A DNA stretch of 31,941 nucleotides from a virus (Duplodnaviria > Caudoviricetes), in the IMG/VR virus record IMGVR_UViG_3300031949_000900, positions 1 to 31,941 of that record. One strand, written 5' to 3'. The notes under the pieces were generated by a model, which saw only the letters and a program-made list of their open reading frames with translations, had not been told where the DNA came from and searched no databases. A program made the position numbers and the translations under genes. This document shows, in pieces, positions 8,473 to 16,594 of this stretch (positions are counted from its first letter, which is position 1; every line of letters starts with the position of its first letter).

Positions 8473-8873
8473 CAGGCGGCGACCGCCTCGCGCTGGCCCG
8501 TCCCGTGGATGGAGAACCCGATGTACTGGCCGTCTTGCACGGCCTTCCAGACCGCATCGTCGTGGATCTTGAAAGCGACAACCCAGCCAACGGGGACTTT
8601 CGTCGCATCAATGGCGGGGAAGAGCGCCTTGACGATCTCGGGCGTGGTCACCAGCGACGCGACAAGCGTCGATACGCCGCGGCGCTCGTGCATCTCGCCG
8701 CCGTCGCGGCTCTTGAGCACGTAGTCGATCGCCGCGCGCTCGAGCTCGGCCGGCGCGATGATGTCGCCCTGAAGATCGACGATGGGTTGGCCGGCCTCCT
8801 CGACGACTGAAGCCCAGCCGTAGACCACGCGCTCCGGCGAGACCTTCGCGATGCGGAAATAGTCCCCGGCCAT
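8472..8873 (-). CDS. XkdF-like prohead serine protease domain (133 aa)
   Basis: RVVYGWASV, VDLQGD, GEMH (His), GWVVAFKI.D..VW..V..G.Y.GFSIHG (Ser). Confidence 0.88.
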   Translation of the reverse strand: MAGDYFRIAKVSPERVVYGWASVVEEAGQPIVDLQGDIIAPAELERAAIDYVLKSRDGGEMHERRGVSTLVASLVTTPEIVKALFPAIDATKVPVGWVVAFKIHDDAVWKAVQDGQYIGFSIHGTGQREAVAA

Positions 8874-8946
8874 GACGCGGCCAGGGTAGTCCCTGACTTG
8901 GGCCGGAAATCGATTAGGGGGCGATCTGGGAGGGGCTAGGGGTGGA

Positions 8947-9189
8947 TCAGGGCTGGATCTTTCCAGTTGACAGCAGGGCGCGATGTTGCCGCAACCAGCG
9001 TTCAACTTCCGGCCAGAATGCGAAGATGGGACCGTGCGGCGTGATTCGGAACAGCGGCAATTCCTCTTCGCGCCCGAGTTGCTTGAGCGTCTTCGGGCTC
9101 ATCCGCATGCGGCGGCCGAGATCCTCGACCGTCAAGAGATCGGTCACAGCGCCGCTATTCATCACCTCGCTGGGACGCTCGCCCCCCAT
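8947..9189 (-). CDS. Excisionase/MerR-like HTH DNA-binding protein (about 70-80 aa)
   Basis: LLTVEDLGRRMRMSPKTLKQLGREEELP.FRI...EVERWL is an HTH_17-type pattern; start at 9189 or 9162. Confidence 0.75.
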   Translation of the reverse strand: MGGERPSEVMNSGAVTDLLTVEDLGRRMRMSPKTLKQLGREEELPLFRITPHGPIFAFWPEVERWLRQHRALLSTGKIQP

Positions 9190-9191
9190 GC

Positions 9192-9953
9192 CTATGCGAG
9201 CGCCCCAAGGACGGCGTGCAGCGCGTCGCGCTTGATCTGACCTTCCGAAAGCCGGCACACGCGAAAGCCCTGCATCTCCAGCCAGCGATCGCGGCATCCG
9301 TCCGCCTCCCTCCGGGCTTCTTTGCGATGCCACCAGCCATCGCACTCGATGATCAGGCGGCGATCGGGGATCAGGATGTCGACAATGCATCGATCGCCAA
9401 CCACATACTGCGAAAGAAACTCGATCGTGAGCGTCTTCAGGATGACATGCACTGTGCGCTCTAAGCCCGACGGGCGCCGGCGGAGCGCGACCGCCGTAGC
9501 CTCAAGTCGCCGACGGCGTTCGCCGGACGACAGCGTCCGCCAATACTTCAGCATGCCGGCGCGCGCGCCCTCTCGGTGCCGATCTTTCGCACCAGGGGCC
9601 TGGAGTCCATGCTTTGTGCCCTCGCTAATCCGGGCTCGGACCTCAGGGCGCGCGAGCGCAAGTCGAATTGCTACGCTCCGGCGATCGATCACCTCTGGCG
9701 TCAATGCGCTCGCGGCGTACTGCATCGACCGGCCACGAAGCGAGGCGCTGATCGCATTCCGGTGTTCATCGGATAGTCCTCGGCCCAGATGGGCCGCGCG
9801 CAACTTGGCTCGCGTCTCCGTAGATACGACGCGCCCGGCATTCGCGCGGCGGAGGGCGAGCGCCGACCCTGGAGATGCGGGCCGGCCTTCCCGCTTCTCG
9901 CTCAACTTCCGACGATGCTCAGCGGATTGCTTACGGCCTTTTGGCCAAGGCAC
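9192..9953 (-). CDS. Homing endonuclease: NUMOD3-like repeats + DUF559/Vsr-like nuclease (253 aa)
   Basis: SAEHRRKLS, STETRAKLR, SDEHRNAIS repeats; C-terminal VDILIP...IIECDGWWH...D..RD.WL...GFRV.R; GAGGAGG SD before GTG. Confidence 0.85.
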   Translation of the reverse strand: MPWPKGRKQSAEHRRKLSEKREGRPASPGSALALRRANAGRVVSTETRAKLRAAHLGRGLSDEHRNAISASLRGRSMQYAASALTPEVIDRRSVAIRLALARPEVRARISEGTKHGLQAPGAKDRHREGARAGMLKYWRTLSSGERRRRLEATAVALRRRPSGLERTVHVILKTLTIEFLSQYVVGDRCIVDILIPDRRLIIECDGWWHRKEARREADGCRDRWLEMQGFRVCRLSEGQIKRDALHAVLGALA

Positions 9954-9974
9954 TTCCGCCTCCTCGAGTAAACT

Positions 9975-10865
9975 TCATGTCGTCGCCCGCACCGGTACGA
10001 GCCTCTCACTGCATCTGCACTGTACGTGAAGTAACGGTCCCTTCACCTGCCCCAGCGTAGGATGCTCATAGTAACCGTCGAGCGGCGCACGGCGCCCCTT
10101 CATCGGCTTGCACAACGGGCAGAGCCGCTCGTCAGCAGCGACCAGCCACTCACGCTCATCCTCCGTGCCATCGATCAGCCCCTGCTCTCGCGCCGTCGTC
10201 CACAGCTCGCGTTGGCCGTGATTTGCCGCCGCCAAAGTTTCGTTTCTGGCAATCACCAGCCCCCGCGCATTCAGCAGTCTGTCGCTGTACCGCTGCGCGA
10301 GCCGCGCCACGTCCGCCTCCGACCGCCCCGCCTCGAGGAGCGAGACCCGCAAGTTCTGCACCGCGCCCGCATCCCGCTCGGTCAGCCCGACCAGCGCGCG
10401 GATCTCCCGCGCGGCCTCCCGCGGTGGGACGCCGTCCGTGAACGCCCGGCCGATCACCGCTCGGATCGCGGCGCGCGTCTCCTCGCTCACCTGCGTCACG
10501 AGCGCGGCCGCATGCGCCGCCGCCCAGGCCACAGCGCGCGGATTCACGAGGTCGAAGCTCACCGCCACGGACACGCCGATCGCCGGCGCCGCGACGGCCG
10601 CGGCTTCGGTCACGAGCCCGGCCAGCGCCGAGGGGAGCGCCTGGCGCAGGGTCTCGGCGCCGACCGCGTCCCAGGGGATGAGCGCCTCGGCGGCGCCGAG
10701 ATCCCCGCGCTCCAGGGCGGCGGTCACCTGGGGCAGCACGATCCCGTTCACCGTCTCGGCGACGGCCTGGAGGAAGGCGGCGCGGATCTCGGGCTCGGCC
10801 GCATCGGCGAGCTGGTGGAGGAGGCGCCAGGTCTCGGGAGCCTTCGCGATCAGGACGGCCGGCAC
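9975..10865 (-). CDS. MuF / SPP1 gp7-like minor head protein (296 aa)
   Basis: GTG start after GGAGGAG; IARNET, REWL...DERLCPLC, HVQCRC motifs; follows portal. Confidence 0.9.
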   Translation of the reverse strand: MPAVLIAKAPETWRLLHQLADAAEPEIRAAFLQAVAETVNGIVLPQVTAALERGDLGAAEALIPWDAVGAETLRQALPSALAGLVTEAAAVAAPAIGVSVAVSFDLVNPRAVAWAAAHAAALVTQVSEETRAAIRAVIGRAFTDGVPPREAAREIRALVGLTERDAGAVQNLRVSLLEAGRSEADVARLAQRYSDRLLNARGLVIARNETLAAANHGQRELWTTAREQGLIDGTEDEREWLVAADERLCPLCKPMKGRRAPLDGYYEHPTLGQVKGPLLHVQCRCSERLVPVRATT

Positions 10866-11011
10866 GGACGCTCCTCCTCCTCGGACCGCACGCCGAGGAC
10901 CGGGATCGGGATCCTCGCCACCTCCACCCACCGCAGGCGACCATCCGCCTCGCGCCCGTCGAGGACGCGGACCTGCGCAAGCGTGACGGGCATGGGGGGC
11001 GGCGCGCTCAC
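10850..11011 (-). CDS. Small hypothetical protein (about 47-53 aa)
   Basis: Below the ORF-track cutoff; GTGA-coupled to the upstream ORF; MPVTLAQVRVLDGREADGRLRWVEVARIPIPVLGVRSEEEERPCRPS. Confidence 0.45.
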   Translation of the reverse strand: MSAPPPMPVTLAQVRVLDGREADGRLRWVEVARIPIPVLGVRSEEEERPCRPS

Positions 11012-11199
11012 GGCTCGAAGCGGTCACGGTGAGGGAGTATCGTGCGGTACCTGTTCCACCATCCACTCAGCGGGACGATGCCCGTCAGCATGCGCCAGCG
11101 GGCGCCGTAGCTGAGGCGGACAAAGAACCACTGGAGCATGGTGATGTTCAACCACCCCACCCATGTCAGGCCGAGGACGCGCGTGCTCGGCGGCTTCAT
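11008..11199 (-). CDS. Small Trp-rich hydrophobic protein (63 aa)
   Basis: ATGA overlap with the portal stop; hydrophobic stretch VLGLTWVGWLNITMLQWFFV. Confidence 0.6.
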   Translation of the reverse strand: MKPPSTRVLGLTWVGWLNITMLQWFFVRLSYGARWRMLTGIVPLSGWWNRYRTILPHRDRFEP

Positions 11200-12569
11200 C
11201 GACCGCGCGCCGCCAGTCGCCGCAGCGCCGCCGCCAGCGTCTCGGCATCGCCGCGCGCCCCCTTCGCTACTTCCGTCTCATCCGGCAGCGGCAGCTTGGC
11301 CGCGGCGAGCAGCGCGCGCTCGAGCTCCGGCGCGGGGAAGAGCGGCATGCCCGCCCCGGCGAGCTGAACGATGAAGTTCCCGAGCTCGGTGAGATCCGGC
11401 CGCGCCACGTCACCGTGCGCGAGGGTCGGGAGGCGATCGGTCGGCCACCCGTTGAGCCGCATCAGCCGCGGCATCAGGTGGCGGTTGACCGTCTCGGCGA
11501 TCACGTCGAGGAATCCCTCCATCGCGGTCCCGAACAGCTCCGTCTTCGTGTTCGTCAACGCGAAGCTCCCGACCTGCTCATGGCCGATGAGGATGAAGTC
11601 GGCCAGCGCGGTCATCGCGATCCGCGCATCGTAGCGCGCGATCACGGCCCCGACCTCGAGCGATTGCCGAGACGCCGACGCCACGAAGGAGAACGTAGCC
11701 CACTTCGGAAGGACGAGACCCATCTGCTCGTCAACGCGGACGTTGCGGACGATCTTTTCCAGCCGGGCGAGCAGCACGGCCGCGTCAGGATCGTTCGGGT
11801 TGAATACATCCGGCGCGTTCTCATTGAGGGTGATCACCGGGAAGCCCGCGCTCGACCGCTCGATGCCGATGGCCTCGATCTCGCGTAGGCGGACCTTGTA
11901 GCGCCAGGGGATGAACGCCGTCCGGAAGATGCTGCGGCCCTGCGGATTGCCCTTCGCGGCCGTCGTGCGAAAGAGCAGCGCCTTGTCGATCGGGATCTCG
12001 ACCCGCCGATAGATCGGCGCCGGCGCCTGGACCATCGCCTGGATCCCGCCGGCATCGTCGAAGCGCCACTCGACGAGCGAATCCTGCGCGCGGCCCGCGA
12101 GCTTGCGGAGCCCGATCTTGCCGTCGGTGAATTTCGAGCGACGGGTCGGGTCGACGACGTCGCCGCCGCGCCGCTTGTAGATGGTCTCCAGGTAGCTCCA
12201 CCCGTAGGGGAGCATCGTGAGCGCCTCGGACACGGTGTCCTTCCAGGATACCGACAGGTCGTCGAGGCAGGATTGGACGAAATCCGCGCGCTCGAGATCG
12301 TCCGGCTCCTGACTCGCCGGCTCGACGCGCCATGAGACCTGCCGCGCGAGCTGATCGATCGCGAAGAGGACCGCGCCGGCGACGTCGTCATGGATCATGG
12401 CGGTGTACTGCTGGATGCCGCGCAGCCCTTGCAAGTCGCGGAGCTGCTCCTCCAAAATCTGTCCGCCCGCGTAGCATAATCCTGAGCGACCAATTTCTAT
12501 CAAAGAGACGCCGGCCTGCCTCGCAGCTGGATCGGTCCCGTTGCGCTTGGTCATAGCCGACTTAGCCAC
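11196..12569 (-). CDS. Portal protein (Mu gp29/DUF935-like, about 457 aa)
   Basis: EIGRSGL, MLPYGWS..E..Y, GNPQGRSI.R, EAIGIER, GSFAL motifs; probable GTG start 12569 with GGAGG (alternative ATG 12554). Confidence 0.92.
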   Translation of the reverse strand: MAKSAMTKRNGTDPAARQAGVSLIEIGRSGLCYAGGQILEEQLRDLQGLRGIQQYTAMIHDDVAGAVLFAIDQLARQVSWRVEPASQEPDDLERADFVQSCLDDLSVSWKDTVSEALTMLPYGWSYLETIYKRRGGDVVDPTRRSKFTDGKIGLRKLAGRAQDSLVEWRFDDAGGIQAMVQAPAPIYRRVEIPIDKALLFRTTAAKGNPQGRSIFRTAFIPWRYKVRLREIEAIGIERSSAGFPVITLNENAPDVFNPNDPDAAVLLARLEKIVRNVRVDEQMGLVLPKWATFSFVASASRQSLEVGAVIARYDARIAMTALADFILIGHEQVGSFALTNTKTELFGTAMEGFLDVIAETVNRHLMPRLMRLNGWPTDRLPTLAHGDVARPDLTELGNFIVQLAGAGMPLFPAPELERALLAAAKLPLPDETEVAKGARGDAETLAAALRRLAARGR

Positions 12570-13437
12570 CAGCGTCCTCCAGTGCGGAAGCCAGGAGTCC
12601 GGTCGCATCCCGCCTGATCTCCATTTCGCTCAACCGCACCACCCTGAATCCTTGCGCGGTGAGCCAGGCATCCCGCAGACGGTCGGGCTTCGAGTTCGCG
12701 TGCCAGTGCTGTCCATCACATTCGATGATGAGATTACGATCTGGAACGAAGATGTCGACAATATACCGACCGATCACCCGCTGTGCTTCGAACTCAATAT
12801 CGAACGCCTCAAGCAACGAATGGACGGTCACCTCGATCGATGATGGATCGCGCCGGAACGCTGCGGCCAATCCCTCGAGGCGCCTTTGCTCGACTTCTGG
12901 CCTCGACAGTTGGGCCCGCATGCGAGGAAGGTTTGCCCTAAGTAAATCGATACGGGGTGCACGCCGAACAGGATCGGCCCATGCCCGCCTAAGCGATGCT
13001 CGCAGTTTCTTTAGAGCATAGGGCGAGTGAGCCGCCGTCTGGAGCCGTTCAACGTTCCCCGGCACGGCGCGCCACCGCTCGACACCGCGATGCAAGCGCT
13101 CCTGCGCCTCTGGCCGCGCCATCGCCCGAGCAGTCGCCGCACGATGCTTCGCCTTCACGTTCTGATCCGCCCATCTCCGAGCCTGGGACTCCGCAGCCTT
13201 GGCCCTCGCCTCAGGCGTTCGCATCGCCGCCAATCGACGCCGCTGGAACTCCGGATCTTGAGCGACACGCCGAACCCCCTCAACCCGCCTCCGACACCCA
13301 TCCCCCGACCGGACCGCGGCGTTCATGCGCTCCACGTGCCGAACACGGATCTCGGGATCGGCCAGGCGGCGCTTCATCGTGGCCTGGATCTTTAAGCGCC
13401 AGGCCTCATGCTCCGGCGAGCCCTTCAGGGGAGGCAT
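12562..13437 (-). CDS. Homing endonuclease: helical repeats + DUF559/Vsr-like nuclease (291 aa)
   Basis: Repeated W/A-x-D-P-E-x-R helices; C-terminal YIVDIFVP...IIECDGQHWH...D.LRD.WL...GFRVVR. Confidence 0.85.
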   Translation of the reverse strand: MPPLKGSPEHEAWRLKIQATMKRRLADPEIRVRHVERMNAAVRSGDGCRRRVEGVRRVAQDPEFQRRRLAAMRTPEARAKAAESQARRWADQNVKAKHRAATARAMARPEAQERLHRGVERWRAVPGNVERLQTAAHSPYALKKLRASLRRAWADPVRRAPRIDLLRANLPRMRAQLSRPEVEQRRLEGLAAAFRRDPSSIEVTVHSLLEAFDIEFEAQRVIGRYIVDIFVPDRNLIIECDGQHWHANSKPDRLRDAWLTAQGFRVVRLSEMEIRRDATGLLASALEDAGG

Positions 13438-13438
13438 G

Positions 13439-15004
13439 CTAGGACCTCCAGTAGCTGGGCGCGGCGAGCGCGGCACTCGAGTTCGCCCAGGCGAGCGCGG
13501 CGGCGGACGTCACCGGGGCCGGCCCCGCGACGAGCTGGTCCGCGAACGCCATCACGACCGCATCGCCGTCGTCCGTCGACCGACCAAGCCGCTTGACGAT
13601 CGTATCTTTCGACTCGATCTCGATCTTCCCGCCCGACACCACGCGCCAGCGCGGCGCCGTCAGATCCCCCGTGAGTCGGTCATCGGGCGGCAGCGCGACC
13701 GCATCGCCCATCACGGGATCGAGCCGCTCGCGGAGCATCCACCACGCGGCCGAGCGGAGGTTCACGAAGCCGAGCTCGCCGGACCGATCGGTGGCGTCCG
13801 TGCGCGCAGCCGCGTTGAACGCCTCGACGGCATGCTTCAGCTCACGCAGCCGATCGACCACCCCGGCCCCGAGTCCGATCACGTCGACGATGGCCACGCC
13901 GCCGCGCGCGGCCAGGAGCGCCCCGACCTGGCCGACGGTCGCCATCGTGTCCTGGCGGGCGAAGCGGCGCAGCTCGGCAATCACCTCGCCGATCCGCGGC
14001 GCCAGGACCGTGAGCGCCTCGCCGCTGCGCGCCACGTCGACGCCCAGACTCGTCAGGCGGTGCCCGTCCAGCGAGCCGCCCGGGGCCTCGTGCCACGCCC
14101 GCCAGCGCTCATTGGCCGCCTCCACCCAGGCGAGCGGGATCACGCCATCCGCATCGTCGGCCGCGAACTCGCCGAGCACGCGGTTCTGGTATACGCTCGA
14201 CGTCTCGCCCCACTGGCGCGCGCGCTGCGCCGCCCACTCCCGGCTGATCCGCCCCGCCCGGATCGCCTCGTCGAGCGTGACGTGGCGCGTCCACCAGTCC
14301 TCGAAGCCCGGGCGGCGGGCGTGGATCTCGTAGAACCGGCCGGTGGGCGGCCCGGGCGTCGAGATGCACACCGCGAAGGCTTCCAAGCCCGTGTCGGAGC
14401 CGGCGGCGGCGAACGCGCCCTCCAGCGCGTCCCACGTGCCGGAGGGAATCGCCTTGGCCTCGTCGAAGACGATGCCGATTGACGAGGCGTGCATGCCTTC
14501 GAGCATGGCCGGCAGATCCGAGGCCATCGCGAAGGCCTCGCCCGTACTGAGCTTGAGCGACAGCGTCAACAGCTCGGTCCGGTAATCGAACGGCGAGCGG
14601 CCGATGCGATCCCAACGCAGACGCGCCGCCCATTTTCTTAACTCAGGGAGGAGATAGTGAAGCAGCTGCCGCCAGGCAGATGCTGTCATCGCCACTTTCC
14701 AGTCCCCGAGCCCATCGCGGGTGAGCGCCCACCAGAGAATGATCCAGCTCGCCAGACAGCTCTTCCCGAGCCCGTGGGGCCCGCGCACCGCGATCCGCCG
14801 ATACGTCCTGAGCGCGGCGAGGATCTCGCGCTGGTAAGGGGCCGGCCCCTCGCCATCCGGCCACGTGAAGCACTCCCGGACAAATGCGGCCGGATCGTCG
14901 CGGTACGTCTGACGGAACACCTCCGACGACAACAGAAGCGCGTCCAGGTCCTGCAGGGACACCTCGTCGAGATTCGCTACCTGATCGGCTACAGATGCCG
15001 CCAT
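13439..15004 (-). CDS. terL: Terminase large subunit (521 aa)
   Basis: Q motif (PYQ), Walker A GPHGLGKS, Walker B IVFDEA, ISTP coupling motif, RNase H-like LGVDVA ... STDDGDA. Confidence 0.96.
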   Translation of the reverse strand: MAASVADQVANLDEVSLQDLDALLLSSEVFRQTYRDDPAAFVRECFTWPDGEGPAPYQREILAALRTYRRIAVRGPHGLGKSCLASWIILWWALTRDGLGDWKVAMTASAWRQLLHYLLPELRKWAARLRWDRIGRSPFDYRTELLTLSLKLSTGEAFAMASDLPAMLEGMHASSIGIVFDEAKAIPSGTWDALEGAFAAAGSDTGLEAFAVCISTPGPPTGRFYEIHARRPGFEDWWTRHVTLDEAIRAGRISREWAAQRARQWGETSSVYQNRVLGEFAADDADGVIPLAWVEAANERWRAWHEAPGGSLDGHRLTSLGVDVARSGEALTVLAPRIGEVIAELRRFARQDTMATVGQVGALLAARGGVAIVDVIGLGAGVVDRLRELKHAVEAFNAAARTDATDRSGELGFVNLRSAAWWMLRERLDPVMGDAVALPPDDRLTGDLTAPRWRVVSGGKIEIESKDTIVKRLGRSTDDGDAVVMAFADQLVAGPAPVTSAAALAWANSSAALAAPSYWRS

Positions 15005-15861
15005 GCTGTTCTCCTGACAATCCGGGAGACCATGCTAGCGTTCACGCCGTACGCCTCACCGAGCTTGACCAACGTCATACCGCCAGCCGCGTACCTCGAC
15101 CGGATCTCCACGACGTTCGCCTCGGTTAGCTTGGCACGGCCATTGCCCGCCCCCCGGTTCATCTCTCGCGTAGCGGTGCGCAGCGATTCGGGCGGCGACC
15201 ATCCGGCCTTCGCCGCGCGCATCTTGGCAAGCGTCGCCTCAGTGAATGTCCGACCGCGATGAGCAGCGCCGATCGCGGCCCGATGCGGCGCGCTCTTCGG
15301 CACACCACGGCGAGCCGCGCTCAGTTTCCGTCTGGTTTCTAGGCTATGACGCCGACCAACCGCCTTGACACGGAGCACGGCGCGAGCCGCCTCCGGCATC
15401 CGCCAGCCTCGGCGCGCGCGCTCCTGTTGCGCGAGCCTCACTTTCCTGCGCGTCTCCTCTGACCACACGCGCCCAGTGCCCGCGAGGCTGATCTTCTTGC
15501 GCGTTTCGGCAGACACCGGCGCGCCGACTCGGCCAGGACCACCAATCGCAAGATTCAGTGCGGGCCGAAGCTCGGCAATCCAGCGGCGCTCTGCTGCCGC
15601 CCAGCCCCCAGAGCCCACCGAGCACACGATCGATTCGAGAAGGATCATCTCCGGCCGAACGTTCGCACGGCGCAGTACTCCAACCCATGCAGCGACGGGC
15701 GTCTGTTTCCGACGCCAGTCTTTCAGGTGCCCGCGCAGACGCTCCTCGTGATCCTTCGCTTTCCCGACGTACTGAATCACGCCGTCCCGCGGATCGCGCA
15801 GCGCGTAGATATAAGCGCCGATTTCGCCATCCTGTGTCTTGCGCTGCGCGGTGCCGGTCAT
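14989..15861 (-). CDS. GIY-YIG homing endonuclease with NUMOD3 repeats and C-terminal HTH (290 aa)
   Basis: YIYALRDPR...YVGK...R..GH, E..WI, LN; S.ETRxK repeats; AKLTE..V.EIR...YGV..S.V..IV HTH. Confidence 0.9.
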   Translation of the reverse strand: MTGTAQRKTQDGEIGAYIYALRDPRDGVIQYVGKAKDHEERLRGHLKDWRRKQTPVAAWVGVLRRANVRPEMILLESIVCSVGSGGWAAAERRWIAELRPALNLAIGGPGRVGAPVSAETRKKISLAGTGRVWSEETRRKVRLAQQERARRGWRMPEAARAVLRVKAVGRRHSLETRRKLSAARRGVPKSAPHRAAIGAAHRGRTFTEATLAKMRAAKAGWSPPESLRTATREMNRGAGNGRAKLTEANVVEIRSRYAAGGMTLVKLGEAYGVNASMVSRIVRRTAWRHL

Positions 15862-16475
15862 CGCTCGTGACCATTCCGCGCGAGCGCATCCGCGGGTCGC
15901 CTGAGCGTCATCAAGGCCTCGATCCGCCGGATACGCTCCTCGGTCGTCAGCATGACGTTGACGTTACCGGCGGCATTGATGACCGTCGTTGTTCCACCTA
16001 CCGGCGGCGGCTCCTCCTCCGCGAGCTTCAGAATCTTGACCATCTCCCGGAGGGCGCCGAGCTTGTCATGCAGCTTGATCGCCACGCCGTGCTCGGTATC
16101 GCGCACCTCCGCGATGGCCGACGCCGCGTGATCCGGGATCTCGGTACTCGCCTTGAGCGTCACCGTGCCATTCCACGAGGCCACGTCGCGAAGGTCGGAG
16201 AACCCGATCCGCGCCAGCTCCGCCAACACGCGCGCCGGCCTTACGTCAAGCGCCACGCAGTAATCATCGATCTTCGCCTTCACGACCGGCGTATCGAGGA
16301 TCTGCGCGCCAGCGGCCCGCGATTTCGTCGAGTAGCCTGCATCGCGCGCCGCTGCGAGCGCGTTGCCGCGAATACCGGGAGGGCCGGAGAGATAGCTGAG
16401 GAGAAAGGCGCGCTGGCGGAGCGTGAGGGCATCGGGCACTCGACGTCGGGCCCGCCCGCGGTGACGTGTCGCCAT
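15858..16475 (-). CDS. terS: Terminase small subunit (205 aa)
   Basis: GAGGAGG SD; LTLRQRAF...Y...NA..AA..AGYS, RVLAELARIGFSD, IKLHDKLGAL. Confidence 0.92.
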   Translation of the reverse strand: MATRHRGRARRRVPDALTLRQRAFLLSYLSGPPGIRGNALAAARDAGYSTKSRAAGAQILDTPVVKAKIDDYCVALDVRPARVLAELARIGFSDLRDVASWNGTVTLKASTEIPDHAASAIAEVRDTEHGVAIKLHDKLGALREMVKILKLAEEEPPPVGGTTTVINAAGNVNVMLTTEERIRRIEALMTLRRPADALARNGHER

Positions 16476-16563
16476 CAGCCTCCTCGCGCATCGACAGGAG
16501 TGGAGGACATCGCGGCGGGGCGGGGTGGAGGACACCGGGGTGAGGCGGAGCGGCTTGCGGAGC

Positions 16564-16594
16564 ATTCTACCGCGATCGGGCCCCGCGGTGTCAA
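16564..16594 (-). promoter_or_regulatory. Predicted late promoter TTGACA-N19-TAGAAT with dyad in spacer
   Basis: -35 at 16594-16589, -10 at 16569-16564; ACCGCG-N9-CGCGGT inverted repeat spanning the spacer; about 90 nt upstream of terS. Confidence 0.65.
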
